Source: a virus
Lineage: Duplodnaviria; Heunggongvirae; Uroviricota; Caudoviricetes
DNA: 64,000 nt
Virus record (IMG/VR): IMGVR_UViG_2778261223_000007
Location: 12,132-76,131 of that record
Strand: one strand, 5' to 3'
Part shown: piece by piece, positions 46,044-56,010 of the stretch
Layout of the letters: the number at the start of each line of letters is the position of its first letter
Position numbering within the stretch: the stretch's first letter is position 1
The notes under the pieces: model-generated
Told to the model about the DNA's origin: nothing
Seen by the model: only the letters and a program-made list of their open reading frames with translations
The model's database searches: none
Program-made: the position numbers and the translations under genes

Positions 46044-46820
46044 GTGGAAAATACTAAAGCAATTCAATACCGCTTGCGTAATGGCCTGCTGGTGGCTGTT
46101 AACGCCGACATGTCACTGCCGTTTGACACGATTGAACGCACTATCATGACATATCTCGGCTTTAATGAAGAACTGAATGAAGAGCATGGCGTAGCTATAT
46201 GGAGCGATGCAGAAAGCGGCGTTCATCGTTACATCACCGCCAGGGGCAAAGACTACTCTCTGGAAGAACTGTTTACCCTTGCACAGTCTTTCGAATGTGT
46301 AGCATTAGACATGTTTAATGATCCTGCTATAGCGCAACGACTTATACGCGAGCTTGGGCTATCCGTTACACCAATTATCTTTAAGAATGGCAGCCTGACT
46401 GGCACATGGCGCGTAGAACGCATCTCAAACTACCTTCCATATAACCGACAGTTAAATGGAGTAATCTCCGGCGTTAATCAGCCCGTAGCGTGTGAAAATG
46501 TAAACCTGGTTGTCGCTGTTTTGGCAACCGCATGTCGTGTTATCGGTTTGGCTAAACAGGCATTTATTCATTTCCCAAATGGTGCAGAAGGTAGCGCAGA
46601 GATTATCGCGTGTGATTTCGAATTTACCTGGATGCTACGCGAATATCTGGACCAAACAGTATTCCGTGCCGAAGAACTGGATATGTATATCACGTCAACG
46701 ATTCCAGACGATGTGCGAGCAGAAGCAATCGCTACAGCCAGGGCGAAATGCCGTGCGGCGATTGCAGAACGGGCCAAAGAAGAACAGTCCAATGATACAG
46801 CGGCAGAAGAGGTGGAATAA
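46044..46820 (+). CDS. hypothetical protein
   Basis: 258-aa ORF followed by a terminator. Confidence 0.55.
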   Translation: MENTKAIQYRLRNGLLVAVNADMSLPFDTIERTIMTYLGFNEELNEEHGVAIWSDAESGVHRYITARGKDYSLEELFTLAQSFECVALDMFNDPAIAQRLIRELGLSVTPIIFKNGSLTGTWRVERISNYLPYNRQLNGVISGVNQPVACENVNLVVAVLATACRVIGLAKQAFIHFPNGAEGSAEIIACDFEFTWMLREYLDQTVFRAEELDMYITSTIPDDVRAEAIATARAKCRAAIAERAKEEQSNDTAAEEVE

Positions 46821-46824
46821 CAAA

Positions 46825-46853
46825 AAGCCCGCTTGGTATGGCGGGCTTCTTTT
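46825..46853 (+). terminator. rho-independent terminator
   Basis: AAGCCCGC-TTGGTATG-GCGGGCTT followed by CTTTTC. Confidence 0.65.
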
Positions 46854-47071
46854 CAAATACTGGAAGCACTTTGTCTGCTACCAAGCATTCTCTGTTTAAG
46901 CACAACCATTTCCTGACGGCATAACACAGCAATAGCGGTCCTGGCACCAATTTGCTTACCAACCAGGTATTGCTTTACCTCGCGGCGACTCACGCCATCA
47001 AGAAGCATCTTTAACGCTTCACGGGACAACTTGTTGTATTTACGTGCCATTAATCTACTCCGCAGAACCAT
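46853..47071 (-). CDS. small HTH-like ORF overlapping the doc 3' end (questionable)
   Basis: 72 aa ([40 protein letters not shown]). It resembles a transposase/regulator N-terminal HTH and overlaps doc by 17 nt. Confidence 0.25.
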
Positions 47072-47435
47072 ACAATCTACGTAACGTGTCGGCGACAGAA
47101 GATACAGATATCTCGCCAGTCGCAGCGCCTACAGTAAGGTCTGCCAGTTCAGGTGAATCAAATACCTGAACCCCGTTACGGCGTAGAAATAGCAGCGCAC
47201 TGTTTAGCGCGGTACGCTTATTGGCATCATTGAATATATGCCCTCTCGCTGTAGCCACCAGGTAGGTGGCGGAGACTTCGAAAAGGTCGCTGATCTCTTC
47301 GTAGGCAACTCTGGCCTGAACTCTCCCGATAATGGCCTCTGCCCTACCCGGATCTGACATTCCCGGCAGGCCACCGTAGCGGCTTATATTCGCATCATGA
47401 AGCGCAATAAGTTCTTCCGGTGATATATGCCTCAT
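47055..47435 (-). CDS. doc: Doc toxin (Fic-family kinase of the phd-doc addiction module)
   Basis: 126 aa. [47 protein letters not shown]... is essentially identical to P1 Doc. Confidence 0.95.
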
Positions 47436-47656
47436 TATCGGTTAACCAGTTCCTTGTTGGTGGAGTCCAGGGTGTCAAACAGGGATGCAAATTCGGCATC
47501 CAGCGCCGCTTTTTTGTAGGCTTCAAAAGTAGCCTTGCTAACAATTACTGCTGGCTCACGGCCTCTGCGGGTGATTTCAACCTCTTCCCCGGCTTCAACA
47601 TTGTTGAGCACTTCAGAAAGGTTGCCGCGCGCGGTACGGAAGTTAATGGATTGCAT
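47435..47656 (-). CDS. phd: Phd antitoxin
   Basis: 73 aa from Met3 of the listed ORF ([32 protein letters not shown]...). It is coupled to doc. Confidence 0.9.
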
Positions 47657-47764
47657 AAACACCTCGTGTGCTCGTTATGTGTACGCAATTATAGGTTTTA
47701 ATGATGCTGAATACCACTTCTTGGTGCCTTAAATCCTCGAGATGCAGTCTTGCAATTGCTGGGA

Positions 47765-48187
47765 TTAAGCAGAATAAGTGGTTGGAATTCTGAGCAGTAA
47801 TCCAATCTTGGCTATGTGCTCATATGGCAGCTCTCCGGTTTTACCGTCATGTATCGAGGCTATCAGATTCAATTCTTGCGCCGCTTTACGAATTTCAGTT
47901 TCTGATGGAACAAGGCGAAAACCGATGTGTAACATTTTGATATAGAAAGGTAATAGTTCGTACTTCACCCGTAACTGTGCTGCCGCATCTTTCAAATCAT
48001 GGATGATTTCTTGTTTTAAGTCAGAGCGGGGATTCGATAGCTTTGCTTGGTTAGACAATAACAGATGCGATATTTCCCCCAACTGTTCCTTGAATGAAAT
48101 GTAAGACTCAACCCCCTTGATGATGAGTCGACCTAGGACAAAAACGCTTACTCCAGTGACAACAGTGACAAAAGCAGACGAACTCAT
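47765..48187 (-). CDS. membrane-anchored hypothetical protein inserted between humD and phd
   Basis: 140 aa with an N-terminal TM helix (FVTVVTGVSVFVLGRLII). The coding DNA is moderately AT-rich. Confidence 0.5.
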   Translation of the reverse strand: MSSSAFVTVVTGVSVFVLGRLIIKGVESYISFKEQLGEISHLLLSNQAKLSNPRSDLKQEIIHDLKDAAAQLRVKYELLPFYIKMLHIGFRLVPSETEIRKAAQELNLIASIHDGKTGELPYEHIAKIGLLLRIPTTYSA

Positions 48188-48321
48188 TCGCGTACCTAAA
48201 AAGAGAATTATAACCTCATCTTATCTTCAAGTGAGTAACCGCGTCTAATGGGAGGAATCATTTAAATGGCCAGGGCGATATAGATCCAGTCATGCCTCTC
48301 TATGGTTTCTCTGAAAACAAA

Positions 48322-48711
48322 TCATATAGCAGGACTATCATCAAATTCACCGCCCCTGGCGTCATTGATAATGTGGGTGATCACACCAAAAACAGCATTA
48401 CTACCCGTGTAACCATCGTCATCTACTGGTAACGCCTCTTTCTTCCCGGTGCTTAAATCCTCCAGGTGCTGGCGCGGATACTTCCGGTATCTTTTTACGC
48501 GATATTCCCCCTCCATAGCGCATATAAGCAGTGAGCCATCAACCGGAGTAAGTGAGGAATCAACCACCAGCAAAGCACCCTGCAATATTCCCTCACGGTG
48601 ATGGCTATCAGCTGCCCGCATGAAGTAGGTTGCTGATGGATGTCTAATTAGTTGCTGATCAAGAGAAATTCGGCTTTCAACATAATCCGCCGCAGGAGAA
48701 GGGAAGCCCAT
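48322..48711 (-). CDS. humD: HumD (UmuD'-like translesion synthesis accessory protein)
   Basis: 129 aa resembling the UmuD peptidase S24 fold. An SOS box lies in its promoter. Confidence 0.8.
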   Translation of the reverse strand: MGFPSPAADYVESRISLDQQLIRHPSATYFMRAADSHHREGILQGALLVVDSSLTPVDGSLLICAMEGEYRVKRYRKYPRQHLEDLSTGKKEALPVDDDGYTGSNAVFGVITHIINDARGGEFDDSPAI

Positions 48712-48729
48712 AGCGTTTTACCTCAATGA

Positions 48730-48749
48730 TACTGTTTATTCATACAGTA
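48730..48749. promoter_or_regulatory. LexA (SOS) box
   Basis: TACTGTTTATTCATACAGTA fits CTGT-N8-ACAG perfectly. It lies 19-38 bp upstream of the humD start. Confidence 0.8.
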
Positions 48750-48901
48750 TACATTGAAAAGGCATAGTTTGTGAAAGCGGGGTTTGTAAGCAACGCCGCT
48801 GGCGGCAAGGTCTACGTTCACCTTGTCTCGCTCTTCCTGGCTTTTAGCTGCTATATTTCGATCTGACACAAGAAACCTCCAGGAGTTAGTGGATCAGGCA
48901 C

Positions 48902-49252
48902 ATGCACAATAACGTTCTCAATGTTAGCCGTTCAATTCAGACAATCAGAGACTGCACCAGTGTGGTGGCATCAATCCCATTGCGAAACAGCATAGACGAA
49001 CTGCAAATTCGTGTATTGAATCTGAATCAGGCTAATAAGCAATTGCGCTTTATTTTGACGCTGAAAAGTGAAACAGAGGGGATAAAGCACAGCGTAAAAG
49101 TGTTTTCTGAGGCCATTCTGCTTAATGGGAAGCTCCGGCATCTAGTAAGGCCAGAACGTCAATATCCTGACGTCCTGGCGCGTGAAAAAGACCTTCTTTC
49201 TGAAGTTCAGGATAGGGTGATCGATTTCGTCAAATGCTATCCCCTGCATTGA
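48902..49252 (+). CDS. hypothetical protein
   Basis: 116-aa ORF. It is the only plus-strand gene in this region. Confidence 0.35.
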   Translation: MHNNVLNVSRSIQTIRDCTSVVASIPLRNSIDELQIRVLNLNQANKQLRFILTLKSETEGIKHSVKVFSEAILLNGKLRHLVRPERQYPDVLAREKDLLSEVQDRVIDFVKCYPLH

Positions 49253-49494
49253 GGGCAGGTGTTCCCTTCCGCAAAGTAGGGAAAACTGCTATCAAGTTCA
49301 TCACACCATCTGCGATGGTCGTAGCACCAAAACGCCTCCCACGGTGCACGGAAATACTTCATCCACCAGGACACTCGATCAGGTATATCTGCTGGTGGCA
49401 GTTCTTCTGGCAATAATTTGCCTGATAATCCCGCGACAGCATTTTTTTGAGGCTCGCGTTCTCTTTTTCAAGCTCATCTACGCGCACCTGTAAT

Positions 49495-50577
49495 TCAGCT
49501 TTCGTTGGCATGGTCCGCCTCATGCTTTTCAGCCACCAGCGGCAATAAAGCCCTGGCCATCTTATGAACCAATAGTGCATCAATAATGCCAAGCGTATGC
49601 CCCGGCTTAATGTTTAATGCCGCCTCAAGGTGACACCTTTCCAAGCCACTTTTCTCGGCTTGTTTATGATGATCTGGTGTAATAACGTCGCCCAAAACAC
49701 GGCTAATTCTTTCTCGTAATTGCTGGGTGCCCGCACTCTTGATCGCTGTATCGTGGAGACGGTTAACCAGTTCGCGATAAACATGCGGCTTAATTCGGAT
49801 ACGTTCACCGGTGACGCCCTTTCCTGGCGCTGGCACCGAACTATCCGGAATATCCGGATAGTTGCCAGCCAGTCTACGCAAAACGGCCTTAACAGCCTCA
49901 ATACGGTCATCATCGCAATTTTCCAGCGTATCTATGCGATCGAGCATGATGATGGCGTTATCAATATCAGGATTGCCGGTCCACTCATTACCGCGATTGG
50001 ATTCGGCAGCCTGGTTGCCGCGTACTGGTTGATTATCGGCTTTACCCAGTCTGTCGTTGCTGCATGAATGCCCTTCCAGCCAGGCCAATGCTTGTCGCAT
50101 GAAATACGCAATATGTTTGCCGTGGTAATCGTCTTCATCGATGTGAAAAGCGATACTGCGGATGTATTCAATTGCGTTTTCAATGGCCTCCGGCGTTATC
50201 GGCGCTGACATATTTTGATTTTGGAGTGCCAAGACGCGGCTGGCATCCTCAACACCTTTAACGGCATCTGCGCAGTAGTTATAGCGATTGCATTCCACTA
50301 ACTTCTGCTTGAGATTTTCAATTGCTTGCGCGACATCAGCCTGCAATTCCCGAACTGGCGGAGTAGCATATAACGGCACCCACTTTGGTGCTTTATCCCC
50401 GACCGAACGCTGATACCAGTCACCCGGTTTGTATTCATAAAACTCACCAACAGGCTCTGCTTCCAGCGATGCCAGCGCAATTTCATAAGCACGGCGCTCA
50501 ATATTGTCTCGAACGTCCAGACTGCCTATGCGCTCTTTGATTTCTTTAATCAGTTCTTTGTCGGTTAAAACGGTCAT
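49495..50577 (-). CDS. hypothetical acidic protein (lambdoid ea-type)
   Basis: 360-aa ORF. Confidence 0.5.
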   Translation of the reverse strand: MTVLTDKELIKEIKERIGSLDVRDNIERRAYEIALASLEAEPVGEFYEYKPGDWYQRSVGDKAPKWVPLYATPPVRELQADVAQAIENLKQKLVECNRYNYCADAVKGVEDASRVLALQNQNMSAPITPEAIENAIEYIRSIAFHIDEDDYHGKHIAYFMRQALAWLEGHSCSNDRLGKADNQPVRGNQAAESNRGNEWTGNPDIDNAIIMLDRIDTLENCDDDRIEAVKAVLRRLAGNYPDIPDSSVPAPGKGVTGERIRIKPHVYRELVNRLHDTAIKSAGTQQLRERISRVLGDVITPDHHKQAEKSGLERCHLEAALNIKPGHTLGIIDALLVHKMARALLPLVAEKHEADHANES

Positions 50578-50587
50578 AATTTATGCC

Positions 50588-51043
50588 TCAGTTGTAGCCA
50601 ATCGGATTAACAGCAACAAGAACGCCGTCGGCGAATAAGTCTTTAATGAGGTGTTCGCTCGGCTTGCCTTTTTCGTACTCTTCAATAAGGTAAGTGTCGC
50701 CATTTTCATTGATATAAACAGGAAGGATGGAGCCGTTGATAAAGTAGGTTCCGTTATTGTCGAGGATTTTTGCCTCGGCGATTTGTTTTTTGGTAAAACT
50801 CTCTTCTTTTGTCAAAGTTGCCATATCAGTTTCCTTGTATGGGTTAATTTTATTGTGTAGTGCCCCGAATGGTTTACACACTATATCGATATACAGGTCA
50901 ACTAACGGTTCAAATGCTTTCCCCACTAGAACAGTCACTAATATTGAGGATATCGGTATCAGCAGCACGATAAACAGAATGAGAAACAAGAGTTCTATAG
51001 CCCTGCTTCTTCGCGGATATTCTTTTCTGAATAATGTCGGCAC
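50588..51043 (-). CDS. membrane-anchored hypothetical protein
   Basis: 151 aa with an N-terminal TM (ELLFLILFIVLLIPISSILVTVLVG). The DNA is AT-rich. Confidence 0.45.
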   Translation of the reverse strand: MPTLFRKEYPRRSRAIELLFLILFIVLLIPISSILVTVLVGKAFEPLVDLYIDIVCKPFGALHNKINPYKETDMATLTKEESFTKKQIAEAKILDNNGTYFINGSILPVYINENGDTYLIEEYEKGKPSEHLIKDLFADGVLVAVNPIGYN

Positions 51044-51044
51044 A

Positions 51045-51260
51045 TCACTCTCCTTTGTTGATCCTCAAAATTTTATGACCTGGCGCAAAAGCACGCGTTT
51101 TGTCGGCGCTTATTCGCCAGCCATCCTTACGCGCCTCTTTTGCACAGCCAGCCCATGACGTACCGATATACTCACCGAAGTCTGGCGTTTGATATTTACC
51201 ATTTGTACACTGGCGACAATCACAGTAGAGATGCATGGTGTAACTTGCGGCAATAGCCAT
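51045..51260 (-). CDS. small Cys-rich protein
   Basis: 71 aa from the internal Met, which has an AAGGAG SD (the track ORF is 107 aa). It has a CDC..C motif. Confidence 0.4.
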   Translation of the reverse strand: MAIAASYTMHLYCDCRQCTNGKYQTPDFGEYIGTSWAGCAKEARKDGWRISADKTRAFAPGHKILRINKGE

Positions 51261-51439
51261 ATCAGTCTCCTTTAGTGCGCAGGTGGTTTTTCCAGCGGTT
51301 TTGCGCCGCGCTGCCCTTATCTCGGACTCCCTCTCTGGCAATTCCAGAAAATGAAAACAACACCACACGACGATTGCTAACTCTCAACCACTGGCTGGGA
51401 TAGCAAAGTCTGTATACACGGGAGATAAGCATCTTAGCT

Positions 51440-52087
51440 TTACGGTTTTTCATCGTTTTGCTCTCCTGCGTCTCCTTTGATGCAAATGCCAGCGACGCGT
51501 GGCACATTAACTTCCACGATGCGCACTGTTGGTTTGTACATCTCAATCGCTGTCAGCCAGTCAGCGCCAGTCATGCGCTTTTCTGCATCGCCATTAGTCC
51601 ACTTAACCGGTACACCAATAGCCTTCATCGCGATTTCTATTTCCCCGGCGATGGCGCTTTTTCCGCAACCAGTAAAACCAGAAACAACGACAAGAACTTC
51701 ACCTTTGGCTGGTTTTATTTCCCGTGCTTCCAGTTCTGCTATGCGCTTTTCTGATGCTTCAAGTAACGCCTGCTTATCGCGTAGCGCTTCTTCCAGTTCA
51801 GCAACATGGCATTCACTATCAATAAGGTTGTTCTCTGCTGCTTCCAGCTCAACACGCAGCTTCCCTACCGTTAGCGCAATATCCTCGTTCTCCTGATCGC
51901 GGCTTTTGATGTATTGCAGGTTTCTTTCCCGTTCATCCAACAATGCCAGCGCGATATCTGGCGAAAAGTGCTTCATAAAATCGTTAAGCGCATTAATTCG
52001 CTGATCGAAAGGCATTACAGGTGCTTCACCAGCAATTTTTGTTTTTTCAGCGATTTCACGAAGCTTTTGATAATCAATCTTGCTCAC
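51440..52087 (-). CDS. Ea22-like coiled-coil protein
   Basis: 215 aa with a long heptad-rich middle region. Confidence 0.45.
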   Translation of the reverse strand: MSKIDYQKLREIAEKTKIAGEAPVMPFDQRINALNDFMKHFSPDIALALLDERERNLQYIKSRDQENEDIALTVGKLRVELEAAENNLIDSECHVAELEEALRDKQALLEASEKRIAELEAREIKPAKGEVLVVVSGFTGCGKSAIAGEIEIAMKAIGVPVKWTNGDAEKRMTGADWLTAIEMYKPTVRIVEVNVPRVAGICIKGDAGEQNDEKP

Positions 52088-52373
52088 TGGTTGCCTCCGC
52101 TTCCCACGTTTTCAGACTTTCACCACAGAATGGGCAAAATGAAACTCGAATAGGCGATTTAGAAAATTCACCAGACCGCAGCATGATCAGGTCCTGTGAA
52201 TGAATTAATTCATGGTTATAGACTTTGTATTTCAGCAGGCCTTTTCGCGTCGTGTATTCAGCATCCTGCTCCAGAGATTGTGCCAGCGCCGCGCACGGTT
52301 CTATTTTTCTGCCATTAATCAAACAAGTGGAGATTCTGCACTTTGCAGCTCCGTCACCGTTACCTTGACTCAT
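52074..52373 (-). CDS. small Zn-ribbon-like protein
   Basis: 99 aa with C..C ... CPFC. Confidence 0.35.
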   Translation of the reverse strand: MSQGNGDGAAKCRISTCLINGRKIEPCAALAQSLEQDAEYTTRKGLLKYKVYNHELIHSQDLIMLRSGEFSKSPIRVSFCPFCGESLKTWEAEATSEQD

Positions 52374-52386
52374 TGCGTTGTTCCCA

Positions 52387-53382
52387 TCAGTTATTAAACG
52401 TGATCACTCCGCGCTCGATGGCGAAGTCGAAAAGCTGGTTAGCGGCTACATAAAGTCGTATGCCATGTGCTTTTTCCCATGCCCGGACATCGTTTTCTGC
52501 GCTTCTGGCGCAGTCATCGCAAAGAGGAACAGCCCAGCGGTCGTGTTCGTTTAACGAGCGGACGCGGTACATGAACGGGTGGTTAACTTTGCCACCGCAT
52601 CCGATGCACGGACGAGAAACCACAAACCGGAGATAAGCTGGGCTTTTACCGAGGACCACTTTTGGTCGGCGCATATAAAGCAGGCCGGAATCCTCATCTA
52701 CAGACAGGTTGACGATCTGCTCTGCGGTTATGTCCACCAGCTCGCGGGTACTGTGCTCCCAAGTGATATCTGATTCTTTCAGCGTACCGGTAGGGATTTC
52801 AGTTTTTGGCTGACAAAATGCAATGCGACCGGCTTCATCTGGCAGCTCATCTTTCAGATTCCGGCGAATGGCCCAAAAAGTGAGTTCAACCATGCTCAGA
52901 TCGCGTTCTGGCGGTAGTTTTAACTCGCTCGCAGCCCAGTTCATAACCCAGTTGGCGCGATTCAGGGATAACTGGTCGTCCAGCTTGCTGTACCCCTTCA
53001 TCATGTATTCCGCATCATGCTTCCAGCACAGGCGAACGGCAGAGCCGTTATAGAAATGAGTGGTTAGCTGGTGGCTACAATCGCGCTTATCGTGCGCCTG
53101 GCAATCGTGGATATTGGAACTTACCCAATGAACAAGCGAATCTTCACCGCCTAACGCGTTAAATACGCGCTCGCTTTGAAAAAACGGTTTCAGAGACTGG
53201 TTGGCAACCAGCGAATAATTCAGATCCACTACGCCATCTGGCGTGTTTTCAGCCTGTTCACGCGGAAGTGGGGAGATAATGAAACGGCGACCTGCGCCAA
53301 TGTAGTTACTGGTGGGCTTGTCTACCGGAAAGACAGCCACACCAGCTCCGTTTACGAAATGAGGTGTGATTATTGCACTCAT
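52387..53382 (-). CDS. hypothetical protein with a C-terminal Cys cluster (CIGCGG...CDDC)
   Basis: 331-aa ORF. Confidence 0.5.
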   Translation of the reverse strand: MSAIITPHFVNGAGVAVFPVDKPTSNYIGAGRRFIISPLPREQAENTPDGVVDLNYSLVANQSLKPFFQSERVFNALGGEDSLVHWVSSNIHDCQAHDKRDCSHQLTTHFYNGSAVRLCWKHDAEYMMKGYSKLDDQLSLNRANWVMNWAASELKLPPERDLSMVELTFWAIRRNLKDELPDEAGRIAFCQPKTEIPTGTLKESDITWEHSTRELVDITAEQIVNLSVDEDSGLLYMRRPKVVLGKSPAYLRFVVSRPCIGCGGKVNHPFMYRVRSLNEHDRWAVPLCDDCARSAENDVRAWEKAHGIRLYVAANQLFDFAIERGVITFNN

Positions 53383-53423
53383 AATGTATACCGACTCTGT
53401 TTTGTTCCGAGCGGTAAAATAAT

Positions 53424-53441
53424 GTGTTAGAAAACTAAAAT
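53424..53441 (+). promoter_or_regulatory. C1-type operator-like motif
   Basis: GTGTTAGAAAACTAAAAT. It is followed by the partial repeat ATGTTCTAAC. Confidence 0.4.
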
Positions 53442-53480
53442 CAATGTTCTAACGTAATTTTGAGTGCGTAAATGATTTGA

Positions 53481-54173
53481 TCAGACTTTAAGCTGCCCTC
53501 CCTTCACCTGCATTAGCGTCAGATTTCCGCAAAAAACCGCGCCCGTGTCTATGTAGTGCTGATTCCAGTATGCTTTTGGTCTTCGTACCGGTGTGTGCCC
53601 AAAGATAAAGCGATCTGCGCCTGTGATTTCTCCACCAATGCCATCTATCGAATCACCGACGCGACTGCGCGACCAGACAACATCAAAAAGCGACACATCC
53701 TTACCGAACTGGTACTCTCCACCTGGATAGTCGGCATGGGCTATAACGATAGTTTCATGCCCGGTGTTCAACTCAATGATATATGGCAGACGCTTTACCA
53801 GCTCCACCAGCGCCCAGGCTAATATTTCCTGATCAGTGTCCAGCATGAAGAACCATTGTCCGCCATTCATTAGCCAGTTATTCACGTTGCCATCAGGACT
53901 TAACGCATCAAGCATCAACCGCTCATGGTTCCCCATTACTGCCCTGAACCAGGGCATCTGCAATAGTTCCAGACATTCGACATTTTCAGTACCGCGATCG
54001 ATAAGGTCGCCAACAGATATCAGTAAATCCTGCGCCGGGTCAAAATCCACACGATGGAGTTCGGACATCAGTCTGGTGTAGCAACCATGCAGATCACCAA
54101 CAACCCATATGTTTCTGTAGCCAGAACCATCAATACGGCTATATAAATTCACTTCATGCATAGTCTGGATCAT
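53481..54173 (-). CDS. Ser/Thr protein phosphatase (lambda PPase-like metallophosphoesterase)
   Basis: 230 aa from the ATG coupled to the upstream stop (ATGA). It carries the GDLHG, GDLIDRG and GNHE motifs. Confidence 0.8.
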   Translation of the reverse strand: MIQTMHEVNLYSRIDGSGYRNIWVVGDLHGCYTRLMSELHRVDFDPAQDLLISVGDLIDRGTENVECLELLQMPWFRAVMGNHERLMLDALSPDGNVNNWLMNGGQWFFMLDTDQEILAWALVELVKRLPYIIELNTGHETIVIAHADYPGGEYQFGKDVSLFDVVWSRSRVGDSIDGIGGEITGADRFIFGHTPVRRPKAYWNQHYIDTGAVFCGNLTLMQVKGGQLKV

Positions 54174-54481
54174 GCGGCAACCTTCTCCCGCAGCCAGATA
54201 CAAACTGGACCATCTTCAGTGTCATGAATAGAGCCAACAAACCAGCCTTCACCCTCTGGTCGCTCCGGTTCCCAGGCGGCAATATCGGGACCAGCTGCGT
54301 CCAGATCAAAATCATCTTCATCCATACTGCGAATAGTCCACTGAAGATTATTTTCCTTCATCCAGGCGTCAAATTCCTCAGTGGAAATATATTCACGACC
54401 TGCGCAAAACTTCTCATACTCCGGATGTGTCCAGCAGCCATATTCATCACGTTCTACCGGCATTTCTTTAATGATGCTCAC
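54170..54481 (-). CDS. hypothetical acidic protein
   Basis: 103 aa. Confidence 0.45.
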   Translation of the reverse strand: MSIIKEMPVERDEYGCWTHPEYEKFCAGREYISTEEFDAWMKENNLQWTIRSMDEDDFDLDAAGPDIAAWEPERPEGEGWFVGSIHDTEDGPVCIWLREKVAA

Positions 54482-54702
54482 TCTTCATCCTCCAAGTCGG
54501 CAACGGCCTCCATCACATCAGAACCGCGAATAACCGCAAAAGCACGGCAGGCCATTTCAAACACCTGTTGTTCTTGCGGATGCGGTGACTCCCAATACTT
54601 AAAACCAGGTCGATGCTCGTAACCCATCATGGAATAAAAATCGCCAGCAAGTTCAATCGCGGCATCAACAAGTTCGCGATTTGTCATCGTCTGTTCTGTC
54701 AT
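54478..54702 (-). CDS. hypothetical protein
   Basis: 74 aa with overlapping stop/start. Confidence 0.4.
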   Translation of the reverse strand: MTEQTMTNRELVDAAIELAGDFYSMMGYEHRPGFKYWESPHPQEQQVFEMACRAFAVIRGSDVMEAVADLEDEE

Positions 54703-54973
54703 TTGGTTTCTCCTGTCTGAACATCACTATCATCAGGTCGCCTTTTATCGCTATTCTGGCTGTTGTGCCTGGTTCAATGCGGCTAAGTTCAAATGCGTCA
54801 TAGAACGCTTCTAATGCCTTCTGGCGTAGTTCCTGTTTGCGCCGTTTTTTCCACTCTTTTAGGAAAATGGAACCCAGCCATCGCCAGGTACGGGACATGA
54901 TGTAAAGCCAACCGAGAAGTGCCAGACCGGTATTTAGGGCCGTATCGATCGTTATCGTGGTGTCGATATTCAC
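54665..54973 (-). CDS. small membrane protein
   Basis: 102 aa with a hydrophobic N-terminus. Confidence 0.4.
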   Translation of the reverse strand: MNIDTTITIDTALNTGLALLGWLYIMSRTWRWLGSIFLKEWKKRRKQELRQKALEAFYDAFELSRIEPGTTARIAIKGDLMIVMFRQEKPNDRTDDDKSRTC

Positions 54974-55251
54974 TGTGGTGGCTCCTGCTTTTCTGCCTTT
55001 AATACCATGCGAGAACCATCATCCAGCTCCCAATTAATTTCACCGCCTTCAGCCATGACTAGATGCCAAACGAGTTGTGCGGCCTCGTTGGTTACATCAC
55101 GACCGCGATCATTGCCGACACGACGTTTTGTTCCATCCCCTAAGTCACGCATTTTTGCCAACACGATGGTTTTTGATAGCGGTGAAAAACCAAGCTGTAG
55201 TCGTGCGGTATTACTCACTGTTTGCCTCCTTTGCGAAGCTGTTCCGCCCAT
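54970..55251 (-). CDS. hypothetical protein
   Basis: 93 aa. Confidence 0.35.
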   Translation of the reverse strand: MGGTASQRRQTVSNTARLQLGFSPLSKTIVLAKMRDLGDGTKRRVGNDRGRDVTNEAAQLVWHLVMAEGGEINWELDDGSRMVLKAEKQEPPQ

Positions 55252-55703
55252 TCTTCAAGGGATTTCTCCGCATATTCACCGGACAGGCCATCAATCGGGT
55301 GCGGTTCATTAGCCAACTCTTCTTTCGCTGACAGAATCATGCGCGTAACGTCGAAAACTTCACGTAAAGACTTATTGATAAATCCGTGGTTGAAAGCAGC
55401 AGCAAGACGGCTTGCGGTATAGTTAATCCCCTCGTTGCGAGCCGCCGCACGAATTTCAGCCAGAAAAGCATCGGTGGCTGGAGTTTCGCTGTGGTGCAGG
55501 GCATCGTTGATAATCATTGCAGCAACTCCGGCCTGACCTGCATCCGTGACCGACACATGCTCAAGAGTTACAGCCATTGCATGTTTCAGCCCAGCATTCT
55601 CCGCCGCCAGCGCAGCACACGCTTTCTCAAGTCGGGAAATTTCCGTTACATACTCAGCGTTACGCTCTGCCAGTTGTGCGGGCGTTAAACCTTCAGACTT
55701 CAT
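55215..55703 (-). CDS. ead/Ea22-like protein
   Basis: 162 aa. Confidence 0.4.
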   Translation of the reverse strand: MKSEGLTPAQLAERNAEYVTEISRLEKACAALAAENAGLKHAMAVTLEHVSVTDAGQAGVAAMIINDALHHSETPATDAFLAEIRAAARNEGINYTASRLAAAFNHGFINKSLREVFDVTRMILSAKEELANEPHPIDGLSGEYAEKSLEEWAEQLRKGGKQ

Positions 55704-56010
55704 ACACTCTCCTTTCGAAATAAACGTACTGATTAATCATGCCTAGGGGCATTTCGAGTTTTTCCGCGATCTCACGGCGGGGAACACCACACCGATGAAG
55801 CTGCCGTGCCAGTTCTATATCGCCCTGCCGGTATTTGGCTGACGGGTGAAAGTCTCCTTTCAGAATCATGCAGATCCGCAGTTGCCGCGCTTTGGTTCTG
55901 ACAGCACTACCGGTACGCCCGATCAGCCTCCCAATACTCTCGACTGTCATAGTCCCGGCGCACTGGCGGAGTATCATGATTTCTGCCCTTCCCCATCCCC
56001 GCCAGCTCAC
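55693..56010 (-). CDS. HTH protein
   Basis: 105 aa with a C-terminal HTH (RREIAEKLEMPLGMINQYV). Confidence 0.4.
   Translation of the reverse strand: MSWRGWGRAEIMILRQCAGTMTVESIGRLIGRTGSAVRTKARQLRICMILKGDFHPSAKYRQGDIELARQLHRCGVPRREIAEKLEMPLGMINQYVYFERRVYEV

Noticed and set aside
52579-53430. Plus-strand ORFs 52579..52773, 52823..53053, 53176..53430 in the ea block
   Set aside because: They are antisense to the 331-aa minus-strand gene, which has overlapping start/stop coupling with its neighbours.
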